Source: Octopus sinensis (lineage: Eukaryota). From it: a stretch of DNA of 64,000 nucleotides. Below the pieces are notes generated by a model. The model had not been told where the DNA came from. It was given only the letters and a program-made list of their open reading frames with translations, and did no database searches. The stretch covers positions 35,464,001 to 35,528,000 of the forward strand of contig NC_042998.1 of the NCBI RefSeq assembly GCF_006345805.1, given 5' to 3'. This document shows, one piece after another, positions 53,497 through 64,000 of this stretch (position 1 is its first letter; each line of letters begins with the position of its first letter). A program made the position numbers and the translations under genes.

Positions 53497-53830
53497 GAAT
53501 GCAATTCTGTATATAGGCATGCATGTATTGTGTATATTATGTGTGTATACATGCAAGTTTAGTTAAATAAATAAATAAAAATCCTCCATACGATCAATCG
53601 ATCTTTCAGAAATAGATACCACGTCGCTTTCAAACGACATGTCTTAAAAGAAGGACCATTCAATAATGTATGCTTGCAAAAGGTTTGGATAGGTATTGCT
53701 TGAGTGTCTTTAGTTATATATTTGCTCGATCAAAATTGATCTGGAGTTAAGCAGTAACTCGTTTGATCCTGTAGAGTGAATCCATGCCATTTCAACTGAC
53801 GACTCTGTATTGCAGACATACATGCGGAAG

Positions 53831-54170
53831 CACTCCGTCGGTTACGACAATGAGGGTTCCGGTTGATCCGAATCAACGGAACAGCCTGCTCGTGAAATTA
53901 AAGTGTAAGTGGCTGAGCACTCCACAGACACGTGTACCCTTAACGTAGTTATCGAGGATATTCAGAGTGACACAGAGAGTGACAATACGGGTACAACAGA
54001 AACAGGAAGTAAGAGTAAGAGAAAGTTGTGGTGAAAGAGTACAGCAGGGATCACCACCATCCCTGCCGGAGCCTCGTGGAGCTTTAGGTGTTTTCGCTCA
54101 ATAAACACTCACAACGCCCGGTCTGGGAATCGAAACCGCTGCCCTAACCACTGGGCCATTGCGCCTCCAC
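53831..54170 (-). mobile_element. SINE family R
   Basis: Matches 8543-8912. gcagacatacat occurs on both flanks (53812-53823 and 54171-54182). Confidence 0.85.
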
Positions 54171-54996
54171 GCAGACATACATACCTGGAGATTAACTCAT
54201 CTTCACAGCTGGTTGCTGTTTCTTTGTGCTGCCCCGTTGTCGATGGCATTTCTGGCTTTCCGTCCATGACCTCTCAAATCAGTTTGCCTGATTAGGTCTG
54301 CACAAGTTGCTACTCTTCCAGGGCTTCCAGTAGATGGCAGGACAAATGAGGTCACCAGAGACATCCGTACGTTATCGGATTGTAGTGATAGAATCTTGTC
54401 TCGGATGAGTTCCACACTTGGAGTTTTGCGATGAGGACCTAATCCATAGGGATGAGGTGACCAGTAATCAAGGGAAATCACAGGTTTTACATTCTAGCGT
54501 CCCTCTTTAAGAATTATGCTTTGACAGCAGCTGGGGATCCTTCACTCGCGGTGATTTTACAGCCTTTGGGTAACAGTTCTCTGCACAGTTCATCCGCCTT
54601 TTCATAGATTTTGATTTTCGTCTGGTAGAGTGTCCAGCAAAGCTCACTCTCCGATCATGAAATACGTTGTGCTGGGTTACATGTTTTCAATAGTACGAAA
54701 GGTGGCCAGACATACATACATACAGCTGCTTCTTCAAAATGTCCAGCTTTCATATTTTGTTTACAAATCTACCTTTATACCAATAATAATTGGTTTACTT
54801 GCCTATGTGAATAAATTCCCACCTGACATTCTGAATGAGAAAACTTCCTAACCGCATAGCCATGCCTGCACACTGACTCGCACACACAAGCACGCGCACG
54901 CACGCACGCACACATACACACATATTTAGACATTATATATATACTCCCTGGAAGAGTAGCAACTTGTGCAGACCTATATATATATATATATGGACT

Positions 54997-55897
54997 CAAT
55001 TTACAGATGGACTGAGGATAATAATATGCAGTTTACTGTTGAAAAATTACAACCCCTGCGCTACTAGCGTCCAAAACTGAATATGAAACTTGCAGGGTAC
55101 ACTGGTCCACAGCGAATTTCAATCCCAGAGCCTAAATCAGTGAGGGACCTGGGTATTGACATGAGTGATGATACCTCTTTCCAGGTGCACATTACCAGGA
55201 TGGCGACAAAGTGCAGACGACTAGATGAATGGATCCTGAGAACATTCAGAGCCAGATATAAGGAAACTATGATGGTCCTCTGGAGGACATTCGTCCTCAG
55301 CCGCCTGGATTACTGATCATAGCTATGGTCACCCAACAGTGTGAAATTAACACGGACCTTGAAGTAATCCAGAGAAGATTCACAAAGATCGTCTTTTTGG
55401 AACAGCTCAGCTACTGGGAAAGGCTGAAACAGTTAAGACTCTACTCCCTGGAGAGACGGCGGGAGATTCATACAGTAATATACATCTGGAAGATCCTGGA
55501 AGGAATTGTGCCAAATTTTGGCATTGAAAGCTACATCAATGCCAGAACGGGACGACACTGCATAGTGCCAAAGACCCCAGCAATGCATCGCGCTGCAGGA
55601 CCAATTACTGCAACAGCCTGGGTTTCAAGGGGCCACAGCTTTTTTAATATTCTCCCAATTAGCCTGAGGAACCTGCACAAAGTAAATATAGGCGTTTTAA
55701 AATTAAAGCTGGATCTCTTCCTGTCGAGAGTCCCAGATGAACCTACATCAAGGCAAGAGTTGCAAATGAGGGTAGCTATATCAAACTCCGTTCTTCACCA
55801 AGTGCGACATATTGGAGGAGACTCTCAGTAATAACAGTGTAGCAAAACGGCGGTGCATCAGCATGGCCGAAGCTCTGAGCTGAAACTACAGAAAATA
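54997..55897 (+). mobile_element. CR1-group LINE 3' fragment (RT C-terminal region and 3' tail)
   Basis: IYRWTEDNNMQF; VRDLGIDMSDDTSFQVHI; LWRTFVLSRLDY; LEVIQRRFTK; SYWERLKQLRLYSLERRR. Stops and frameshifts are present. Confidence 0.85.
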
Positions 55898-55914
55898 CAC
55901 ACACACACACACAC

Positions 55915-56122
55915 AAAGTAATCACTCGGCTATCACGTGTGTTACGTTCCAGAACCTCCCACAGAAATAATTAAAATCTAAAAAAAATATAAGTATCTAT
56001 CGACCGCAGAAACCCGTGTTATACTGAAGAGTCCATGATATAAATTTACATATATTAGCCCAAAAAATCCGCGATGTACCGAGTGTGCAATAGGTAAACC
56101 ACGATATGGCGAGGGATTACTG
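55915..56122. mobile_element. Tigger/pogo-like MITE, longer copy
   Basis: agtaatcactcggctatc...gtgttacgttcc and cgatatggcgagggattactg are shared with 50918-50998. Confidence 0.6.
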
Positions 56123-56314
56123 TGTGAGTGTGTATATATATAATATATATATTAATATATATGTATATATATATATGTTATGTGTATGTATGATATATGT
56201 ATGGGTGTATTATGTATATGTATATCTGTATGTGGTATGTATATGTGTATGTATATGTATGTATGTATATGTATGTATGTATATGTATGTATATGTATAT
56301 TGTAGTATGTATAT

Positions 56315-56348
<34 letters not shown>

Positions 56349-57556
56349 ATGTATATATTATTGGATATAAATGTATGTATATTCTATATATGTATGTATA
56401 TTATGTATATGTATGTATATGTATATATATGTATGTATATGTATATATATTATCTATGTATATGTATGTATATATATATATGATGTATATGTATGTATAT
56501 GTATGTATGTATATTATATATATATAGGTATATTATGTATATATATTATGTATGTATGTATATATATATATATGTATATGTATGTATATATATATGTATG
56601 TATATGTATGTATATATATATATAGTATATGTATGTATAATATTATATTATGTATATGTATGTATTATTATGTATATGTATGTATATATATATATGTATA
56701 TGTATGTATATATATATAATGTATAGTATGTATAATATATTATATGTAATGTATGTATTATATATATGTATATGTATGTATATATATATATGTATATGTA
56801 TGTATATATTATATTTATATGTATGTATATATATATAGTATAATGTTATGTATATATATATATGTATAGTATGTATATATATTATATGTTATATGTAGTA
56901 TATATTATATATGTATATGGTATATATATATATGTATATGTATGTATATATGTATCTGTATGTATATATGTATATGTATGTATATATATATATGTATATG
57001 TATGTATATATGTATGTATATGTAATGTATATATGTATGTATATATTAAGTGTATATGTATGTATATGTATGTATATGTATTATGTATAATGTATGTATA
57101 TATATGTGTGTATGTATGTATATGTATGTATATATATATGTATATGTATGTAATATTATGTATATATATATGTATATGTTATATGTATGTATATGTATGT
57201 ATATATATATGTATATGTATGTATGTATATGTATGTATGTATGTATGTATATGTATGTATGTATATATATGTATGTATGTATATGTATGTATATATATAT
57301 ATATGTCTATGTATGTATGTATATGTATGTATATATATATATATATATGTATATGTATGTATGTATATGTAGTATATATATATATATATATGTATATGTA
57401 TGTGTATATAGTATGTATATATGTATGTATATATGTATATGTATGTATATATTATATGTATGTTATATGTATATGTATGTATATATGTATATGTATGTAT
57501 TATGTATATGTATGTATATATTATATGTATGTATATATGTATATATGTGTGTATAT

Positions 57557-57587
<31 letters not shown>

Positions 57588-58723
57588 GTATATATGTATA
57601 TATGTGTATATGTATGTATGTATATGTGTATATGTATGTATATGTGTATATGTATGTATATGTGTATATGTATGTATATGTGTGTATGTATGTATATGTA
57701 TGTATATGTGTATATGTATGTATATGTGTATATGTATGTATGTATATGTATATATGTATGTATATGTATATATGTATATGTATGTATATATGTATATATA
57801 TATGTATGTATATATGTATGTATATATGTATATGTATATATATGTATGTATATATGTATATGTATATATATGTATATATATGTATATATATGTATATGTA
57901 TATATATGTATATGTATATATATGTATATGTATATATATGTATATATATTATATGTATATATATGTATATGTATATATATGTATATGTATATATATGATA
58001 TATATATGTATATATATGTATATATATATGTATATATATAATATATATGTATATGTATATGTATATGTATATATATATGTATATTATATTATATGTATAT
58101 GTATATGTAATATATATGTATATATATATGTATATATGTATGTATATGTATATATATGTATATATATATGTATATATGTATGTATATGTATATATATATG
58201 TATGTATATGTATATATGTATGTATATGTATATGTGTATATGTATATATGATGTATATATGTATGTATATATATATGTATATATATATGTATATATATAT
58301 GTATATGTATATATGTATATGTATATATATTATATGTATATATATATATAGTATATGTATATATATATGTATATGTGTATATGTATATGTATATGTATAT
58401 ATATATACATACATGTATAGTGTATATATACATATACATGTATATGTATATATATACATATACATATACATGTATATGTATATGTATATATATATGTATA
58501 TGGATATATATATAGGTATATGTATATGTATATTATATGTATATATTATAGTATATATATATATGTATATATATATGTATATATATATGTATGTATATGT
58601 ATATATATATATGTATATATATATATGTATATATATATGTATATATATATGTATGTATATGTATATATATATATGTATATATATATGTATATATATATGT
58701 ATGTATATGTATATATATATATG

Positions 58724-58754
<31 letters not shown>

Positions 58755-58900
58755 GTATATGTATATATATGTATATGTATATATATGTATGTATGTATAT
58801 GTATATATATGTATATGTATATATATGTATGTATATGTATGTATATGTATGTATATGTATATATGTGTATAATATATATATATATATATATAATATGTGT
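56123..58900. repeat. ~2.8-kb compound (TA)n/(TATG)n/(TATATG)n microsatellite field
   Basis: Alternating pyrimidine/purine sequence, almost C-free on the plus strand. Confidence 0.97.
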
Positions 58901-58902
58901 GT

Positions 58903-59300
58903 GCAGGAGTGGCTGTGTGGTAAGTTGCTTGCTAACCAGCCACATGGTTCCGGGTTCAGTCCCACTGCGTGGCACCTTGGGCAAGTGACTTCTGCTATAG
59001 CTTCGGGCCGACCAAAGTCTTGTGAGTGGATTTCGTAGACGGAAACTGAAAGAAGCCTGTCGTATATATGTATATATATGTGTGTGGTGTATATGTTTGT
59101 GTGTCTGCGTTTGTCCCTCTAGCATTGCTTGACAACCGATGCTGGTGTGTTTACGTCCCTGTCACTTAGCAGTTCGGCAAAAGAGATCGATAGAATAAGT
59201 ACTGGGCTTACAAAGAATAAGTCCCGGGGTCGATTTGCTCGACTATAGGCGGTGCTCCAGCATGGCCGCAGTCAAATGATTTGAAACAAGTAAAAGAGTA
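58903..59300 (+). mobile_element. SINE family C, full length
   Basis: gagtggctgtgtggtaag head, accttgggcaagtgact, and tail ggcggtgctccagcatggccgcagtcaaatga. Confidence 0.88.
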
Positions 59301-59734
59301 TATATTCACATGGAGAGAGATGAGAAAGAGAGAGAGATGTTTCTGGGTGAAGATTCAGCAAGTTGGAAGAATTCATTACCTTTGGCAAAGTGAGATGTGA
59401 TTTTTATTCACTAATTAAGGGATGCAAATGTGCTTTTGAGTTTTATAGCACTGCAGCTATTTGCACCGTAATAAAATCGAAGGCTGTTTGCTATCCAAAA
59501 GAAACCGAGTGATAATTTAGAAATTTATTCTTAACTTGACATTATCTCCATTTCGCATTGAGGGTCGTTAGCAATTACCCCCAGGAATTTGTCTTCTATT
59601 TCCCAACTTCAATAAATTAGGGAGGCACCACGTGCGGCAATCAGTGCATTATCAGTTCACTCGGGTTTCCAAGTTATGTTAATGGTTCTTTGAGTTATTC
59701 CTCTTAGGTCTTTTTTCATATCATTTAATTATAT

Positions 59735-59945
59735 ATGGCCCAGTGGTTAGGGCAGCGGACTTGCGGTCGGAGGATCGCGGTTTCGATTCCCAGACCGGGC
59801 GTTGTGTGTGTTTATTGAGCGAAAACACCTAAAAGCTCCACGAGGCTCCGGCAGGGGATGGTGGTGATCCCTGCTGTACTCTTTCACCACTCTAAAAGGC
59901 GGTGCTCCAGCATGGCCGCAGTCAAATGACTGAAACAAGTACAAA
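59735..59945 (+). mobile_element. Chimeric SINE: family R head plus family C (CR1-like) tail
   Basis: ...ctgtactctttcaccactct|aaaaggcggtgctccagcatggccgcagtcaaatgactgaaacaagta. Confidence 0.75.
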
Positions 59946-60076
59946 AAAAACAACAACAAAAATATGTAAACCCCCAACAATTTATGTCTGTCTGTCTGTA
60001 TTGTCCCCCTCGTCCTTCGCCCTTGAGACAAATAAATGAAACCATTATTATTATATATAGTAGCAGCAGCAGCGGC

Positions 60077-60850
60077 AAGGCGATGAGCTGGCAGAAACGT
60101 TAGCACGCCAAGCAAAATGCTTAGCGGTATTTCGTCTGCCGTTACGTTCTGAGTTCAAATTCCGCCGAGGTCAACTTTGCCTTTCATCCTTTCGGGGTCG
60201 ATAAATTAAGTACCAGTTACGCACTGGGGTCGATGTAATCGACTTAATCCATTTGTCTGTCCTTGTTTGTCCCATCTGTGTTTAGCCCCTTGTGGGTAGT
60301 AAAGAAATGGGTATTTCGTCTGCGTTACGTTCTGAGTTCAAATTCCGCCGAGGTCGACTTTGCCTTTCGTCCTTTCGGGGTCGATAAATTAAGTACCAGT
60401 TACGCACTGGGGTCGATGTAATCGACTTAATACCTATGTCTGTCCTTGTTTGTCCGCTCTGTGTTTAGCCCCTTGTGGGTAATAAAGAAATAGGTATTTC
60501 GTCTGCCGATACGTTCTGAGTTCAAATTCCGCCGAAGTCGACTTTGCCTTTCATCCTTACAGGGTCGATAAAATAAGTGCCAGTTAAACACTGGGTCGAT
60601 GTAATCGACTCATCCCCTCTCCCAAAATAGCAAAATTTGAAACCATTATTATTGTTGTTGCTGCTGCTCCTGCTCCTGCTGCTGCTGCGAGCTGGCAGAA
60701 TGGTTAGCACGCCAATCAAAATGCTTTGCGGCATTTCGTCCGTCTTTACGTTCTGAGTTCAAATTCCACCGAGGTTGACTTTGCCTTTCATCCTTCCGGG
60801 GTCGATAAATTAAGTTCCGTTTACGCACTGAGGTCGATGATATTGACATA
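60077..60850 (+). mobile_element. SINE family M trimer (60077-60650) plus a further monomer (60687-60850)
   Basis: Junctions aaagaaatg|ggtatttcg (~60309) and aaagaaata|ggtatttcg (~60492). Confidence 0.88.
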
Positions 60851-60869
60851 CATACATACATACATACAT

Positions 60870-61215
60870 CTTGTTTCACTCATTAGACTGCGGCCATGCT
60901 GTAGCACCGCCTTGAAGAAATTTTAGTCGAGTGAATTTACCCCAGGACTTTTGTAACTTGGCACGTATTCTATCGGGCTTTTTGACCGAACCGCTGTTTC
61001 GGGGACGTAAACACCAACACCAGTTAATTACACACAAACACACACATTCGACGGGCTTCTTTCAGTTTCCGTCTACTAAATCCACTCACAAGGCTTGTGG
61101 TCGGTTTGGAGGCTATAGCAGTTGACACTTGCTCAAGGCGTCAAGCATTGCAATTGAACCCGGGACGATGTGGTTGAGAAGCAAACTTCTTACCACCGCA
61201 AGAACGCCTGAGCCT
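60870..61215 (-). mobile_element. SINE family C, diverged
   Basis: gactgcggccatgct...gggcttctttcagtttccgtctac. Confidence 0.75.
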
Positions 61216-61960
61216 ACAATATATAAAAATCATAAAAAGATATGCAAAACATACAGAAGTTGTGCAATTATAAATAAGCGGTGGACATTAATAAATATAC
61301 GAATGCAAAGAAATAATAAAATGGAAAGGAAATTATATTAAAAGATGAATTAAGAGAAGAAAGGAATCTTCAAAAATTTTCAAAGAGAAAATATGACAAA
61401 ATCCGTGTGTGCCTGAACGTGAAGCCACACAAGGTAAATAATTCCAAAATATGTATCAAGTGGTTTCCTTTTGCTTAACTGAATCTATTTTTATTTTTTT
61501 CATTTTCCTTTATTTCTGTTTTTAAATTACATCAGTAAAAACGTGAATACTGTCAGTTGTGAGCTGCTATCCTCTGTGCGTGTGTGTTGAGTCGTCAAGA
61601 ATTAAAACGAACACAATAGAATTCTTTCAATCAATTTACAATTTGCATCAAGTTCTTTGCTAGTTTGCTGTGAAACTAGTATTCGTGCTCTCCGTTTATC
61701 TCTTATCATTTATTGGTTTCAGCCTGAGGCTATGCTACAACACCTTCTTTCTAAAGTACTGTGGCAGGGTTGGGTGGGGTTTTTTTTATCTTCCTTTATC
61801 TAACACTGCAACAACAGTTATATTCTTTGCAACTTCACCGTCAAAATACGGTCATAAACACGTCAACACCAGTTGTCAAGTTATGGTAGGGGCCAAATAG
61901 AGGCACAGAACACACGCACACACGTACGTATATATGTATGTATGTATGTATGTAAAAAGA

Positions 61961-62106
61961 AAAAGGCGATAGTCAGAACTTTGGATAATTATTTATTAGC
62001 GCTTTCATCTCGTTCGTTTCCGAGACTCGTCAGGTATGATTTCTTACAGAAAATTTCATGCTTTTTATAGAAATCTGGAAGACGATATTCTTTTGATATC
62101 TATATG
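61961..62106 (-). mobile_element. Hammerhead-bearing repeat (inverted partner at 63183-63709)
   Basis: Minus strand CTGACGA-gtctcg..cgagat-GAAA-gcgcTA. Confidence 0.6.
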
Positions 62107-62211
62107 CATGTATGTATGCTTGCACACACATATATACTAGCTTACGGAGGAAAAAAATCGCCAACGGTACACACGCCGTCACATTTTGACATATATATAT
62201 ATATATATATA

Positions 62212-62596
62212 CTAGCAGTATCGCCCGGCGTTGCTCAGGTTTGTAAGGGAAATAACTATAAAGCATTTTTAGAGAGTTATAGCCAAAAAATAGCAAAAAA
62301 ATGGGAAAAAAATGATGGTAAATTTTTTTTTGAGAGTAATAAAAGGTTGAGTTGCGTCCCCTAGACAGTCTGTGGTTTGTTTTTTTTTATTCTCGACCCC
62401 ATGTCGAATTTATCGATTTTTTTCAGAACTGGGGGAACTTTTCAAAATTTTCGCTGCGTTAGTTTTGAATTATGACATTGGGCTATGTGTGTGTCAAGTT
62501 TCATCAGAATCGGTTGAAAGCCGTGGTCAGGGTGAGGGTACGAGAAAACAGACACACAGAAACACGCACAGACAAACTGCCGTTTATATAGAGAGA
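62212..62596 (-). mobile_element. Non-autonomous Helitron
   Basis: Minus strand begins TCTCTCTATATAAA and ends with a GC-rich hairpin remnant (cctgagcaacgccggg) then CTAG. It sits between A and T with no TSD. Confidence 0.75.
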
Positions 62597-62786
62597 TATA
62601 TATATATATATATATGGGTGCATACATATTTGCTTGTATCTATCTGCGCATGTATGTGTCTGTGGTGAATTTTCGGAGACTTGGTTAGAAAGAAAGATAT
62701 CTGAGATGTCTTTCTCTTTCTTTCTTGTCTTTCTTCCCTCTAACCAATCCCTTAAAAATTCAACACGCACATACATACGCATGCAC

Positions 62787-62824
<38 letters not shown>

Positions 62825-63265
62825 TTAAAACAATAAGCAAATCAAAATTGATATCTTGGAATGTAATTAACCTCAAACAACTGTGAAACTGGCCATAAAA
62901 ATACAATAAAAGCCATCTCAGACCCCTTCCTCCTCCACTCTCCTTTTTTCCTTCCATTCTTTTTTCTTTCTCCCCTTCTTTTTCTAACAAGCGTCCGAAA
63001 TTCACCACACAATCACATGCATACGTACACATACACATATGCACAAACGCTTCCTTCTTTCCTGAGCGTCCAGTAATACTATACTTGTTCCACGTCCTTG
63101 CGTTGTTGTGTTTTCTCTTTGTGTTTTCATGTTTGGATTAACTATATATATATATATATACATACATATATATACACACACACATATATATAGTGAGCAA
63201 AATAACATTATTTTCCAGATTTATATAAAAGGCATAATATTGTCTGTAAAACTTTATATATCTGA

Positions 63266-63636
63266 CGAACAAAACGCTCCCCCCCCCCCGTCCAATGGAC
63301 GGTGCTGAGTTGTCAAACATTTAAACCAAATTTTCTCAAAACAACTAGTCCGACCGTCCCATAGGCCTCTCCTTTGAGAAACACTGATTTAACATTAATT
63401 TGAGACACCAGCAAAAGAAGAAATAAAGATAGACTTTTTTTTCTATTCCAAAGAATGCTATGTCGATCGCATTCTCACCTGGAATCGATTTTTGTAATTT
63501 TTTTCAAAACTTATATACGCTCTGATACCGTCGGTATCTACATATCAAATTTGAGCGCAATCGGATGGAGGATGCCCGAGATCCTAGAAGACACACACAC
63601 ACAGATAGACAGACAGAACGGATTTTATATTAGAGA
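63266..63636 (-). mobile_element. Non-autonomous Helitron-like element inserted into a hammerhead core
   Basis: Minus 5' TCTCTAATATAAAA, subterminal hairpin ccgtcca-a-tggacgg, A|T insertion site. The 3' end is TTCG (CTCG in the sister copy) and not canonical CTRR. Confidence 0.6.
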
Positions 63637-63781
63637 TGAGTCTCAGAAGCGAACAAGATGAAAGCGCTAATAAATAAATAATTATCCCAAATTCTGACTA
63701 CCTTTTTTCTTAATATACAAACTCTGTACACGACTTCAAATAATCTATACATACACACACGCGCACATATATACACACACA

Positions 63782-63940
63782 ACAGGCTTCTTTTCTGTTT
63801 CTGTCAACCAGATCCATTCATAAGACTTTGGTCAGCTCGAGGCTATAGTAGAAGATACTTGAAGATGGCAGGCAGTGGGACTGAACCTGGAACCATTTGG
63901 TTGGGAAGCAAACCTCTTACCACCCAGCCACGCCTGCGCA
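63782..63940 (-). mobile_element. SINE family C head fragment
   Basis: ggcttcttttctgtttctgtc...gcagtgggactgaacc...cttaccac.cagccac. Confidence 0.7.
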
Positions 63941-64000
63941 TACTCGTATACTATTTGCTGAGGTACTGTGGTGCTATGAACGACCACATACAGCGTTCTA

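Noticed and set aside
54203-54481. 92-aa minus-strand ORF in a GC-richer patch
   Set aside because: No recognisable motif. Probably a decayed TE fragment, which cannot be assigned without a search.
56106-59125. Long ORFs of 300-534 aa (Y/I/M/C/V/H/T-rich)
   Set aside because: They are translations of TA/TG microsatellite that lacks stop codons by composition.

Overview
AT-rich, repeat-saturated animal DNA, probably intronic or intergenic. The repeat content looks like a coleoid cephalopod (octopus-type) genome, but that is inferred and not verified. I found no credible host protein-coding exon, RNA gene or CRISPR array. Nearly all listed ORFs are artefacts of microsatellites or SINEs. Contents: (1) an internally deleted Tx1-like (L1-group) LINE with ORF1 CCHC knuckle, APE endonuclease and no RT, flanked by a ~26-bp duplication inside a non-autonomous DNA repeat, plus a second decayed Tx1-like ORF1; (2) at least three tRNA-headed SINE families with interchangeable tails; (3) CR1-group LINE 3' fragments; (4) Penelope-like remnants, including a Naiad-like GIY-YIG fragment, and about 14 minimal type-I hammerhead ribozyme motifs; (5) mariner/Tc1 relics, hAT and Tigger-like MITEs, and non-autonomous Helitrons; (6) large complex microsatellites. 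The best candidate for an undescribed system is a SINE whose 3' tail matches the Tx1 LINE 3' end. It forms head-to-tail arrays that re-enter its own head at the same position (AAGAAATA|GGTATTTCG) about ten times, which suggests a self-targeting, Tx1-driven SINE. All alignments and translations were done by eye, so coordinates are approximate to a few bases.
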